Both the position numbers and the translations under genes were made by a program. A model generated the notes under the pieces. It was not told the origin of the DNA, made no database searches, and was given only the letters and a program-made list of their open reading frames with translations. A DNA stretch of 64,000 nt, from the sequence record PZ179880.1. One strand, given 5' to 3'. This stretch comes from a phage. Positions 28,627 to 38,427 of the stretch are shown piece by piece (position 1 is the stretch's first letter; each line of letters opens with the position of its first letter).

Positions 28627-28884
28627 TTATTTTAAAACTTTTGCATAATCACATGTTACAAACTGTTTCTCTAACTTGACGATTTTACGAAAGTATCTTT
28701 TGCATTGACGAATCTGTCGCTTCGTAGGACGCACAGCAAACTTAATAGATTCCACTCGACCAAATGGAGGACTTTCTTCTGCTGAAATATCTAACACCAA
28801 TTCCCACGTATCCGCAATAAGTGCTTTGAATTGTGTATTTTTCCTGATGTTATACGGAGTAGGTTTAAATAAAACCGTATGCAT
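28627..28884 (-). CDS. Hypothetical protein (85 aa) at the 61.4 position next to dmd; possibly the TifA-like ToxIN inhibitor, not sequence-verified
   Basis: Track ORF trimmed to MHTVLFKPTPYNIRK...; assignment by synteny and size only. Confidence 0.45.
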   Translation of the reverse strand: MHTVLFKPTPYNIRKNTQFKALIADTWELVLDISAEESPPFGRVESIKFAVRPTKRQIRQCKRYFRKIVKLEKQFVTCDYAKVLK

Positions 28885-28885
28885 A

Positions 28886-29068
28886 TTACCCTCGCCAATC
28901 AGATTCAAAAACTTTTTTATCATTAACAAATGCTTTAACTAGTGCTTTATTAACTTCAGCATATTGAGTAGTAGCCCATTGAACGTCATCTTTCATCATT
29001 GTGGTCTCTTTAGTAAACATGCTTTCATTCTTAAACCACCCCATAAAAACTACCTTTACCAATTCCAT
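28886..29068 (-). CDS. dmd: Dmd (antitoxin against host RnlA/LsoA RNases)
   Basis: 60 aa MELVKVVFMGWFKNESMFTKE...; matches T4 Dmd in sequence (memory), size and position upstream of 61.4. Confidence 0.85.
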   Translation of the reverse strand: MELVKVVFMGWFKNESMFTKETTMMKDDVQWATTQYAEVNKALVKAFVNDKKVFESDWRG

Positions 29069-29097
29069 AACAATCTCCTCATTTAACCAACAAGACT

Positions 29098-29126
29098 ACT
29101 ATACCATAGTCTTGTCAGCTTGTAAA
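29098..29126 (-). promoter_or_regulatory. T4-type early promoter upstream of dmd (-35 TTTACA, -10 TATAGT, TGn)
   Basis: Minus-strand GTTTACA..N17..TGGTATAGT. Confidence 0.6.
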
Positions 29127-30554
29127 CTAAAATTTTAATTCATTCGCCAAAGCATCTAACTGAGCTCGAGTGGATTCATTTCTTTGATAGCGATTCTGCT
29201 CAGCTTGTATCTGTTGTGAACCTGCTACCTCACTCACTTCAGTTGGAGTAGAATCTTGTTCAATTTCTACCCATTTCTGATTTCCTTTTTGAACACCCAT
29301 CAAAAACTTATTCCATTTATTCTTATCACCATATCGTGATTTGATTTGCTTAATAAGTTGTTGTTCAGCAGCTGCTAACTCCTCGGTTTCAATGACCGCA
29401 AGCATAAAATCAGCTGTTGCTGGAAGACCGGCAGATTCTGCAATATCGCTCATGTTAACATCAGAAGAATCCCAAGCTTGCTTACCAACCTGTGCTGCGG
29501 TCCAAAGAACAGTTTCGGTTTCAACAGCCAGAGCACGCAATTCCTCTGCGATAGCTTTAACAGTTGTGTAACTATTTTCTGAATACACTCTGATGCGGCA
29601 AGATTTACAAATACCTAGATAGTCGACAATAATGATTGTTGGAACAAAATTCTTCTTGAGTTTCAATTCATTTAAAAGAGATCGAAATGTATTAGCGTCT
29701 GCTCCACCAGTAGGATACTGTTTAACGATTAAACGACCGAGAGTAGATTTCTCACGCCATTTTTCCATTTTTCCTTTATACTCAGCGTAAGAAATATGCC
29801 CATCATCAATGTCATCAAGAGAAACATCAAGCATATTAGCGTCAATACGTTTAGCACAGACTTCTTCTGCCATTTCCATGGAAATGTAAAGAACATTATG
29901 TCCGAGCTGCAAATAATCTGCTGCCAATGAACACAATCCTAATGACTTACCAACGTTAACACCAGCCATTAAAACATTCAGTGTTCCAGTTTCAGCTCCA
30001 CCTTTAGTAATTTTATTTAGAATTTTGAGTTTAAATGGAACCTTACGCGCTTTATTCATATAAGATAGCCAACGTGCTTCATAGTCATCCATCCAATCAT
30101 GACCAACGTAACTATCAAATGAAATTGATAATGCTTGACGCATGATGTCAGGAATAGCACCTACATCTGGCATTTTCTTATTTCGTTTTTCCGGAGGAAG
30201 CTCAGCATTAGTTTGAATTTCAATTATTTTAGATGTGGCATTAAACATCGCCCTTTGCTGAACATATTTTTCTGTTTCTTTTACTAACCAGCTGTGGTCT
30301 TCTGGAGAATCGGCTAGTTTTGAAATAAGTGTTTTTACACCAGAATATTCTGTTTCAGTAAATGAACTATTTTCTAATGCAACATTTAACGCATTAATAG
30401 ATGGAACGCTATGGTACTCATTAACATGAGACTTAATTAATTTGAATGTATTTTTAGCTGGACCACTTTCAAAATATTCTGAATCCATATATGGCCAAAC
30501 TTTTGAAAAATAAGCTTGATCAAATATGAGATGAGAAAGAATAATTTCTACCAC
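29127..30554 (-). CDS. 41: Replicative DNA helicase gp41 (DnaB-like)
   Basis: 475 aa, same length as T4 gp41; Walker A GVNVGKS. Confidence 0.95.
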   Translation of the reverse strand: MVEIILSHLIFDQAYFSKVWPYMDSEYFESGPAKNTFKLIKSHVNEYHSVPSINALNVALENSSFTETEYSGVKTLISKLADSPEDHSWLVKETEKYVQQRAMFNATSKIIEIQTNAELPPEKRNKKMPDVGAIPDIMRQALSISFDSYVGHDWMDDYEARWLSYMNKARKVPFKLKILNKITKGGAETGTLNVLMAGVNVGKSLGLCSLAADYLQLGHNVLYISMEMAEEVCAKRIDANMLDVSLDDIDDGHISYAEYKGKMEKWREKSTLGRLIVKQYPTGGADANTFRSLLNELKLKKNFVPTIIIVDYLGICKSCRIRVYSENSYTTVKAIAEELRALAVETETVLWTAAQVGKQAWDSSDVNMSDIAESAGLPATADFMLAVIETEELAAAEQQLIKQIKSRYGDKNKWNKFLMGVQKGNQKWVEIEQDSTPTEVSEVAGSQQIQAEQNRYQRNESTRAQLDALANELKF

Positions 30555-30563
30555 ACTTACTCC

Positions 30564-30908
30564 TTAAAAGAATTTAAATTTTTTCTTTGACCTTTTATTA
30601 AATGCATCTTGCAGTTGCATTGTAATACATTTTTCTACATGAGGAGCTAACTCAGCTTTTCTTTCTTGGTCAAGAACAGCAAAGTCCATTACGACTTTTC
30701 CATCAACCCAATCTAATTTTGTCACATACACAATGTGTGTAGAACCATCTTCTAGTTTAATGACAATCTCCTGGATAACATTTTCCATAGCAGATTTAAT
30801 TATCTTAAGAGATTCATTAAAAAGACGTTCTTTTCTTTCTTCTTCCCCCTCCGAAGAGGGGGATTCGTCGATAATTTCTAGATCTAAATCTAAATCATCT
30901 TTATTCAT
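30564..30908 (-). CDS. 40: gp40 head-assembly protein
   Basis: Position between 41 and uvsX; acidic N-terminus; start set at first ATG (track used GTG at 30926). Confidence 0.6.
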   Translation of the reverse strand: MNKDDLDLDLEIIDESPSSEGEEERKERLFNESLKIIKSAMENVIQEIVIKLEDGSTHIVYVTKLDWVDGKVVMDFAVLDQERKAELAPHVEKCITMQLQDAFNKRSKKKFKFF

Positions 30909-32082
30909 TAAATTCTTCCATATCACTTAACTGATCTAGGTCAGTTTCTAAATCAGCTGCTGATTTGTTTTTACTTTCTGGAGATTTAAATTTTTCAACC
31001 TTTGAGTTAATCAATTCATCAACTTCAGCTTCAACAATTTCATTACTATCAATAGCACCTAACTGATAAGCACGTTTAATAGCATCTCGGAATGGTTGAT
31101 GCTTAAATAAAGGACCCCAGAATGTAGTGCAATTGGTATCTTTTGCACGCCAAGATTTTTCTTCGCGAATCATCTCACCGGTTTCTTCATCAAGAAATTC
31201 ACGGGCATACCAGCCATTTTTAGGTTTTACTACAAATCCTAATTCTAGAGCCATATCTAACAATCCAGAATAAGGATCGATACCACCGTCAAATTTAACA
31301 TCAATAAAGAATTTACTTTTTTCTTTGACGGTACGAGATTTTTCTACATTTAGAACAAATTGATACCCCTGAAGATCAGAACCATCTTTAATTTGACGTT
31401 TACCGATAATGAATACAGTATCAGCCGAATACATTACGCCTGTACCACCTGTCATCACGGTTTTACTAAACATTTCAATTGTTTCAATTGTATGGTTAAC
31501 CGCAACACATGGAATATTTTTAATGCTAAAATAAGGAGTAACAATACGGAATAATGACTTCAGTGATTTAGCACGAGTCATATCTGCCACAGATTTTTCA
31601 TTCAAGGCATCTTCCGTTTCTTTCTTAGAAGCCATATTACCGATTGAGTCGATGAATACAATAACTTTTTCACCGCGCTCAATAGCTTCAAGCTGATTCA
31701 CCATATCAATTTTCAGTTGTTCAACTGACTGAATTGGCGTATGAATTACTCGTTCCGGGTCAACTCCCATGGATCGCAAATAAGCTGGAGTAATACCAAA
31801 TTCGCTATCATAGAATAGACAAACCGCGTCAGGATATTTGTTCAAATATGCCGCAACCATAGTCAAAGACATATTTGATTTAAAGTGTTTAGAAGGCCCT
31901 GCAAAAATAGTTAAACCAGACTGCATACCGCCATCAATCGCACCAGAAATAGCAATATTCAGCATTGGAATTTTTGTACGGATTACATCCTTTTCATTAA
32001 AGAATTTAGATGTAGTCAGTTCAGCAGTCATTTTAGAAGTGGAAGCTTTAATCAAACGGGATTTTAAATCTGCAATAGACAT
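30901..32082 (-). CDS. uvsX: UvsX recombinase (RecA-like)
   Basis: 393 aa MSIADLKSRLIKASTSK... near-identical to T4 UvsX (memory); Walker A GPSKHFKS. Confidence 0.95.
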   Translation of the reverse strand: MSIADLKSRLIKASTSKMTAELTTSKFFNEKDVIRTKIPMLNIAISGAIDGGMQSGLTIFAGPSKHFKSNMSLTMVAAYLNKYPDAVCLFYDSEFGITPAYLRSMGVDPERVIHTPIQSVEQLKIDMVNQLEAIERGEKVIVFIDSIGNMASKKETEDALNEKSVADMTRAKSLKSLFRIVTPYFSIKNIPCVAVNHTIETIEMFSKTVMTGGTGVMYSADTVFIIGKRQIKDGSDLQGYQFVLNVEKSRTVKEKSKFFIDVKFDGGIDPYSGLLDMALELGFVVKPKNGWYAREFLDEETGEMIREEKSWRAKDTNCTTFWGPLFKHQPFRDAIKRAYQLGAIDSNEIVEAEVDELINSKVEKFKSPESKNKSAADLETDLDQLSDMEEFNE

Positions 32083-32159
32083 TCATTTTTTCCATAGGCA
32101 TCATTATATTTTCCTCACTGGTTAAAGATAGAGTAATTATAACACAATAAATTTAGGCA

Positions 32160-33002
32160 TTAATCAACTGCTATCGGATGAATAGCATTAAACTTATGAA
32201 ATGCTTCTGATTTTTCTTTGCGCGAAACACACATGCGAAGAACCTTTAATGGCTCGTCTTCTTCACCCAACGATTTTCGTTTTTCGATATTAGAAGTTTT
32301 CCAACGAGCTTGCTCTGGAAACTCTCTATTGATTTGCTCAAGCGCTCTATTATGTTTAGAATTACTACGAATTGAACTGCACCCGCCAGGAGCTTGTGCT
32401 TTTCCAGATACAACCAGATATTTGAACAAGGCCAAATGCGGATAACCTTGATTAATTAAATTGAGAAATGCATACATATCTTCGCATAAATCAATTTTTC
32501 CATACCCAATTTGTTCTGTTGTAAGTTTTCCAAGGTCATACCATGTATTCGTGAATCCATATGAATTTTCACGATAATTACCCCAAGATGAAGTAATTTT
32601 AAAAATAGGTAGACGAGCATGGCCATGATAATACCCGCAATCCATGGCATCTTCAACGTATTGAATTAATTCATAGAACTGTTCACGGGTTAATTGATTA
32701 ATTTTATCTACGCAGCGACGATCATCTTTCTTTCGCATTGAACTCATACGAATAGTAGTATCATCATCGATCATCCAAATTCGCTGACCTGCATACATAT
32801 CAGTAATTGCTTTACGAGTTCCAGCAATTCCATTAACATCATCAGGAATAGTTATAATTTTAGCTCTAGACCCATAAGCGTCATAATAAGCTTTTTCTTC
32901 GTGTTTACGTACTACAATATGAGGTTCATAATCAGATGGAAACATATCAAGGGCAGAAACTGCCCCTACGCGTTGATAGCTTGGAATTACGAATTGAATC
33001 AT
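32160..33002 (-). CDS. GT-A fold glycosyltransferase at the beta-gt locus; likely the T2/T6-type beta-glucosyl-HMC alpha-glucosyltransferase
   Basis: 280 aa from first ATG (track start GTG); DxD motif WMIDDDTTI; ATGA-coupled to gene 42 stop. Confidence 0.6.
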   Translation of the reverse strand: MIQFVIPSYQRVGAVSALDMFPSDYEPHIVVRKHEEKAYYDAYGSRAKIITIPDDVNGIAGTRKAITDMYAGQRIWMIDDDTTIRMSSMRKKDDRRCVDKINQLTREQFYELIQYVEDAMDCGYYHGHARLPIFKITSSWGNYRENSYGFTNTWYDLGKLTTEQIGYGKIDLCEDMYAFLNLINQGYPHLALFKYLVVSGKAQAPGGCSSIRSNSKHNRALEQINREFPEQARWKTSNIEKRKSLGEEDEPLKVLRMCVSRKEKSEAFHKFNAIHPIAVD

Positions 33003-33739
33003 TTCCACTCACCGTTATAATCTTTTTTCGCAATATGAGTTTCGCCAGTTTTCCACCAATGGTCAACCAAGTAAAAATGACGGGAATACACATGAAGACT
33101 TCCGACATTCCATATAATGGAACCCGCTTTATACTGGCGAGTTGAATCACCTGCATTCAAATCAGATACTAATTTATCTAGTACGTATTTTTGCCACGCA
33201 TAATCATTGCGGAATCCGAAGACCACGTCATTTGAGCGCATGTTAACTACTGCATTGACTTTCTTATCACGAATCAGATACTGTACTGTATTCGTACACA
33301 TGAAATCTGACATACCATCTTTATTGTAGTCAAACTGCATGGATGGACGAGTATAAATCATGATACCACGCCGAGAATCAGGATTTTGACCAAGTTCAGC
33401 TAAACACATATCATACTGGGCATAGTTATCTTCTGACCAAATAGCCCAACCATAATTCGAGTTAATTTCGCCTTTAGAAGATGCTACCTGCTGCCAAATC
33501 TTTGGTGTTTCACCTGGAATATCTTTAACAAACAAGCTCTTAGATTTATACCATTCAAGTTCGCGCTGAATGTATTCATCATTAAGAGCACCAAAAATAA
33601 ACGGTTCATCTGCTACAAATGATGCGCCAATAATTTCAATAGTTTTAACACCAGTTTTATCAACTACGAAATCTTTTTCTTTTAATGCAAGCCCCAAATG
33701 AAGACGGATTTCTTCAACTGTCATAGAGTCATTAATCAT
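32999..33739 (-). CDS. 42: dCMP hydroxymethylase gp42
   Basis: 246 aa MINDSMTVEEIRLHLGLALKEKDFVVDKTG... matches T4 gp42 (memory). Confidence 0.95.
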   Translation of the reverse strand: MINDSMTVEEIRLHLGLALKEKDFVVDKTGVKTIEIIGASFVADEPFIFGALNDEYIQRELEWYKSKSLFVKDIPGETPKIWQQVASSKGEINSNYGWAIWSEDNYAQYDMCLAELGQNPDSRRGIMIYTRPSMQFDYNKDGMSDFMCTNTVQYLIRDKKVNAVVNMRSNDVVFGFRNDYAWQKYVLDKLVSDLNAGDSTRQYKAGSIIWNVGSLHVYSRHFYLVDHWWKTGETHIAKKDYNGEWK

Positions 33740-33746
33740 TTAAACC

Positions 33747-33896
33747 TCAATTGATACATTCATATTTAACTTGTAACAGTAATAAACTCCACCCTATAAT
33801 AAGCGTTGGAATCATAAGAGGAACCGTTACACTATAGTATATACTTATTATAATCATCAAGATTAAAAGCAACACTGCTATAATTTTGCTTTTCAT
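33747..33896 (-). CDS. Small hydrophobic membrane protein (49 aa), ATGA-coupled to imm stop
   Basis: Hand-translated MKSKIIAVLLLILMIIISIYYSVTVPLMIP... Confidence 0.35.
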   Translation of the reverse strand: MKSKIIAVLLLILMIIISIYYSVTVPLMIPTLIIGWSLLLLQVKYECIN

Positions 33897-34144
33897 TCCT
33901 TCTCTCTGATGATAATTACTTGGTTTTGCTGTGCAGATTTTTTAGTTTCACCCGCAATTGACCAAATAAATGTAATAAACCAACCAATAATTGACCAGTT
34001 AAACAGTAAAGATGTGAAAAAGATTCCTACTGTCGATTTTGACCCACGCATCAAGGCGATGAACCATGGAAGCATGTATATAATAATAGCCAACACGCCT
34101 GAAACTAAAACCATAAAAATTGAACCTGCTACTAAAGTTTCCAT
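33893..34144 (-). CDS. imm: Superinfection immunity protein Imm
   Basis: 83 aa METLVAGSIFMVLVSGVLAIIIYMLPWF... matches T4 Imm (memory). Confidence 0.9.
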   Translation of the reverse strand: METLVAGSIFMVLVSGVLAIIIYMLPWFIALMRGSKSTVGIFFTSLLFNWSIIGWFITFIWSIAGETKKSAQQNQVIIIREKE

Positions 34145-34151
34145 GTTTTCC

Positions 34152-34544
34152 TCACTTAGTCAAATTTTTTACACATGAATTATAAGAATTCACTACATAC
34201 TCCATCGGAGCATTTTTACCAGTACGCCATTGGTAATTATTAGCCCAATTAGCCCAAAGTTCAGCGCAGTAATTTTCAATTTTTTCTTCGCGTGTAATTA
34301 CATCCGAATTACGATATGCTTGAGCAGATTCATCTGGACGAATAGCTTCGTCAAAATTCGCCTGCATTTGTTCTACTGTCTGTTTTGGAGCTTCTTTATA
34401 ACACTTGACATTAGGATTATAAAATTTGCTTGAACAGTTTACAATTTTTCCTACATCAGACTGATTTACTACCGGTCCTTGAGCTACACAACCAGTAAGA
34501 CCTAATGCAATAACCAAAATAGCGATTTTCATTTCATTCTCCAA
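34152..34544 (-). CDS. Putative secreted/lipoprotein (130 aa), imm.1 position
   Basis: Signal peptide with LTGC lipobox; downstream of promoter at 34570-34598. Confidence 0.6.
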   Translation of the reverse strand: MENEMKIAILVIALGLTGCVAQGPVVNQSDVGKIVNCSSKFYNPNVKCYKEAPKQTVEQMQANFDEAIRPDESAQAYRNSDVITREEKIENYCAELWANWANNYQWRTGKNAPMEYVVNSYNSCVKNLTK

Positions 34545-34569
34545 ATCCGTATCAGTAGTTGATAGTTGT

Positions 34570-34598
34570 ATAGTACCATGGAAGAACAGGGATGTAAA
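34570..34598 (-). promoter_or_regulatory. T4-type early promoter upstream of the imm.1-imm-42 unit (-35 TTTACA, -10 TACTAT, TGn)
   Basis: Minus-strand GTTTACA..N17..TGGTACTAT; near-identical to promoters at 3389 and 7252. Confidence 0.7.
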
Positions 34599-34679
34599 CA
34601 GTTTTGTGAAAAAAATTTTAGGGAATCCAAAGGGTCCAGAATCATCTCTTTTTCATAAGTATAGATTTATATTACTTGT

Positions 34680-34703
34680 ATGAAAAAGGGACCTGGAGGT
34701 CCC
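34680..34703 (-). terminator. Rho-independent terminator after gene 43
   Basis: Perfect stem gggacc/ggtccc, loop tgga, then U-run on minus transcript; 14 nt past gp43 stop. Confidence 0.7.
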
Positions 34704-34716
34704 TAGATTTATTCTA

Positions 34717-37413
34717 TCAGCCAAACAGGAAGTCTAACGAAGCTTTTTCTTCATAGTCCATACCTGCCGATTCACACATACCCGCAAGCGGTTTAACAAA
34801 CGATTTTTGGAACAAAGTTGAGTAGTCAATCCAAGCCAGTACATCAGAACGAATTTCTTTTGGAAGTTCCGTACCCGATGGCCAAGCAATGCACTTGTCA
34901 CCAAATGGATTTCCCTCACGTAATGGAAGAACCATTACCTTATTTCCATCCAAAATTGGAGCTACACCTAAACCACTAACAGCTCGACGATAAGTTAGCA
35001 CACCGCGAATGTGGAACGGGCATTTAAATCCTGGCCAACCTTTATCATCATATTTCGCTATATCATTCGCAGTTTTTACTTCAGCAATAACTTTATAGTC
35101 AAGTTGACGATATTCTTTCTCAAAGTTCTTGTAGTATTCTTGGACAGACTCTTCGCCTTCCTGAAGAATACGACGAATACTTTCTTCGAGAGCTTCTTGT
35201 ACTGCTTTTGGTGTTGAACTCTGCTGAGTTTCCATACCCATGATTTTTAGATGTGGTTCAGCAAATCGCTTATCTTCCATATCATAAACGTTTAGAGCAT
35301 AACGTTTTTTCGCTTTCCAAAATCCACCAACACCCTTTGAACCAAGCGGAGGACAAGAAATAGCTTCACGGTCCATATGCATCAGATGCTCGCGGTTATT
35401 CATATAATCACATAACTCACGATATGCAACATCAATCATAGGTTCCATCTTTTTCTTACCGAACTGATTCATGAATTCAACTAAATCATTTTGTTCTTTA
35501 AAGCGGTCAAGACCTACTTTTTCAATTACTTTATCTACACAAACATATACCGAATCAGTATCACCTGCTGCGATGAAATCTTCACCATCAGTTCCACATA
35601 CTTTATTCAGATATTCATTAATTTTACGAGCAATCCACTGAATACCAACTTGACCAAAAATTGTGATAGCAGTAGCATTTCGCAAATCATAATAGCGGAA
35701 ATGAATGTTACCAAGAGCACCATAAAGACTGTTAATAAGAATTTTACGGTTCAGCTGATTTGTGTTAGCAAGTGTAGCTGCTTTTTCACATTCTTCGATC
35801 AGACTATTAAGAACAGATTCGGTGTAATTCGATAATTCATTTAAGAAATCATCATTGAACTTAACATATCGTTCAACTTCTGGTTTAGTTGAGCAAGACC
35901 CTGCGCCTTTCATAATAATCTTTTTAATAGCTTCGGCATTCATTTCTTCAGCGAACATTTTCTTTTTCCAATCTTTACGCTGGAAAAATACTTTAGCGAT
36001 TTCCTTTGGAATGATACCTTCTTGATGCTTATCGTACATCCATCCATTCGGGGAACAAGAGTACTCATCACTTGGCTTAGGAGCGGTTCCTGCGATATAT
36101 TCATGAATTGGATGAACTTTAAACTGTCCACGAATAGTTTCAGGACTAATGTTAACCTGACGAATAATGCTAGGATACAGAGACGTCAAGTCAAAACTCA
36201 TAATGTATCGACGAGCAATCGGTTTAGGTTCAAATACAAACGCACCTGGAAAACTCTGTTTAACGTGCGAACCTTGTTGAGGAATAACCTTATGTTCACC
36301 TTTCAATGAGTTAAAAATAATAGCATCCCAAGTTTTAATAGGACTCATTACACCAGAAAAAGGCATTTTAGCGTAATAAGACATACTTAAAACTAGATCG
36401 ATAAACCCACGAATTTTATCAATTGCTTGAACTGATTCTACGTCAATGATGTTATAGCTAATGTATCGTTGATGATTAGTCTCACGAAGTTTATTAATAG
36501 GACCATCATACGGTAATTTACCTTTTTTGGTTTCATGTTGAGCAACTGATTCCAAAGAGAATGATGGCAAATTAGTAAATGCGAATTTCTTGTACAAATC
36601 TAAATAATCAAGAATAGATACGCCATCAATAGAATAAATTTCTTTGCTACCGTACATATTTTGAATTAGTTTAGATTTTACTCGACCGATTGGAGAGAAG
36701 CGTTTCATACTACGTTCACCGAGAACCATTTTAACACGATTCATGATATACGGAACGTCAAATCCCTCAATATTCCAACCGGTAAAAATAGCAGGTCGTT
36801 TCTGTTCCCAGAGATTAATATATTCCATGAGCATATCACGCTCATTATCAAATGGCATATAAATTACTCGGTCAAGAATTTCTTGAGGAACTTCATCACC
36901 ACCTTCACAGTCAAGCTTAGCAGCTAACTTTGCATCCCATTTTGATACTGAACCGTACATTGAATTCAACAAATCAAAGACGTAAAAACGGTCGTCAATT
37001 GAATCATAATGAGTGATAGCATCAATTTCATATTCTGCTTTCATTGGGTCAGGAAATTTATCGCCAGTAACCTCAATGTCACAGTTAGCTACACGAACAA
37101 ATTTTCGGTCATAAACAATTTCTGAACCATATGTATCACTGATATAAGCGAGTTTAAAATCGTTCATACCGAGAGCTTCGAGACCGATGTCTTCCATTCG
37201 TTTCATCCAATCTCGGGCATCTTTCATTGATGGAAATTTTTGAGGAGCGCAGTTTTTACCGTAAATGTCTTTGTATTTTGATTCTTCCTTACAATGTCTA
37301 AACATAGTCGGAAGATATTCTACTTCACGAGTACGTTCCTTTCCATTTTCATCAATATAACGTTCAACAATATTATTTCCGACTGTTTCGATAGAGATAT
37401 AAAATTCTTTCAT
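34717..37413 (-). CDS. 43: DNA polymerase gp43 (family B, 3'-5' exonuclease proofreading)
   Basis: 898 aa, same length as T4 gp43; exo motif FDIE, pol motifs SLYGALG and DTDS. Confidence 0.97.
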   Translation of the reverse strand: MKEFYISIETVGNNIVERYIDENGKERTREVEYLPTMFRHCKEESKYKDIYGKNCAPQKFPSMKDARDWMKRMEDIGLEALGMNDFKLAYISDTYGSEIVYDRKFVRVANCDIEVTGDKFPDPMKAEYEIDAITHYDSIDDRFYVFDLLNSMYGSVSKWDAKLAAKLDCEGGDEVPQEILDRVIYMPFDNERDMLMEYINLWEQKRPAIFTGWNIEGFDVPYIMNRVKMVLGERSMKRFSPIGRVKSKLIQNMYGSKEIYSIDGVSILDYLDLYKKFAFTNLPSFSLESVAQHETKKGKLPYDGPINKLRETNHQRYISYNIIDVESVQAIDKIRGFIDLVLSMSYYAKMPFSGVMSPIKTWDAIIFNSLKGEHKVIPQQGSHVKQSFPGAFVFEPKPIARRYIMSFDLTSLYPSIIRQVNISPETIRGQFKVHPIHEYIAGTAPKPSDEYSCSPNGWMYDKHQEGIIPKEIAKVFFQRKDWKKKMFAEEMNAEAIKKIIMKGAGSCSTKPEVERYVKFNDDFLNELSNYTESVLNSLIEECEKAATLANTNQLNRKILINSLYGALGNIHFRYYDLRNATAITIFGQVGIQWIARKINEYLNKVCGTDGEDFIAAGDTDSVYVCVDKVIEKVGLDRFKEQNDLVEFMNQFGKKKMEPMIDVAYRELCDYMNNREHLMHMDREAISCPPLGSKGVGGFWKAKKRYALNVYDMEDKRFAEPHLKIMGMETQQSSTPKAVQEALEESIRRILQEGEESVQEYYKNFEKEYRQLDYKVIAEVKTANDIAKYDDKGWPGFKCPFHIRGVLTYRRAVSGLGVAPILDGNKVMVLPLREGNPFGDKCIAWPSGTELPKEIRSDVLAWIDYSTLFQKSFVKPLAGMCESAGMDYEEKASLDFLFG

Positions 37414-37473
37414 AGATATTCCTTAGTTTATAGCCCGAGTTATTAGGCTCTTGATATATTATACTCCAAATAA

Positions 37474-37488
37474 GGGGCCGAAGCCCCC
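37474..37488 (-). terminator. Intercistronic GC stem-loop between regA and 43
   Basis: plus ggggc-cgaag-ccccc. Confidence 0.5.
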
Positions 37489-37492
37489 TTGC

Positions 37493-37861
37493 TTAATTAC
37501 CAATCGTATATTTGGGAACGAGTTTCCATTCATGTTTTTGCTTAAAAGAAATAACTCGGAAGTTATTAGTTAAATCTTTCATAAAAGTTCTTTGACCGGG
37601 AGCGATTTCAATCAGTCCCCAATCTTCTAACAGCCATGCAATCGAATCACGACGAACTTCATCTTCTTCTGTCATTTCAACCTGGCGACCATCCATACGA
37701 AGCATTTCTTTAAAATGAACGATATAGTATAGTCCTTTTTTCTGGAGAATATGACAGGATTGATACAGAACTTTATCTTTATTATTAGCAATTCCCATAC
37801 GAGTCAAAGTTTCTTTTACTTTCAGAAAATCTTCAGGTTTTTTAAGAGTAATTTCAATCAT
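37493..37861 (-). CDS. regA: Translational repressor RegA
   Basis: 122 aa MIEITLKKPEDFLKVKETLTRMGIANNKDKVLYQSCHIL... matches T4 RegA (memory). Confidence 0.9.
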   Translation of the reverse strand: MIEITLKKPEDFLKVKETLTRMGIANNKDKVLYQSCHILQKKGLYYIVHFKEMLRMDGRQVEMTEEDEVRRDSIAWLLEDWGLIEIAPGQRTFMKDLTNNFRVISFKQKHEWKLVPKYTIGN

Positions 37862-37862
37862 T

Positions 37863-38426
37863 TTACCATTCCAATGCTAGTTTTTTGAGTTGTTTCTGTT
37901 CTTTTACGTTCTTAGTCACTTCTTTCAAAAAATCATCCGTGACTAAACCTTTTAGTTCTTTTAATACTAAAGGAAGTTTTCCATTTTTAGTAAGAATTGA
38001 TTTATAGTTAATTGCATCATTTGTATTAACTTGATACCGCTTAGCAAGTAACTTAATAATCAATACTTCGGTAGAATCTTCAACCAGTTTTGCCCATTTA
38101 CCATATCTTTTACCCCGAGGAACAGCAGCCATCAGATAATTAAAATGGGCTTCATCACTTAAACCTGATCCAATTAAATTCATAGCATATACAGCTGGCA
38201 TGCATTCAGGAAATTGTGATAATGCATTCTCAACCATGTATTTTGAATAATCTTTTTGAGCAATAGAGCATTTAGTTTTATTATTAATAGCTCCAATTAT
38301 TTCAAAAAATTCATTTTCAGCTTTTTCTTTAAAAGAATCAGCAGCGGATTGGACAGCTGTCCAATCTTTTGAATACCAAGCAACTTGATGCTCGTTTAAT
38401 TGAATATCATCTTCAAATAAGCTCAT
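37863..38426 (-). CDS. 62: Clamp-loader subunit gp62
   Basis: 187 aa from [22 protein letters not shown]...; track ORF was 7 codons longer. Confidence 0.9.
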   Translation of the reverse strand: MSLFEDDIQLNEHQVAWYSKDWTAVQSAADSFKEKAENEFFEIIGAINNKTKCSIAQKDYSKYMVENALSQFPECMPAVYAMNLIGSGLSDEAHFNYLMAAVPRGKRYGKWAKLVEDSTEVLIIKLLAKRYQVNTNDAINYKSILTKNGKLPLVLKELKGLVTDDFLKEVTKNVKEQKQLKKLALEW

Positions 38427-38427
38427 A

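Noticed and set aside
34734-36309. Several short ORFs on both strands inside gene 43
   Set aside because: All are embedded in the 898-aa DNA polymerase ORF; shadow frames.
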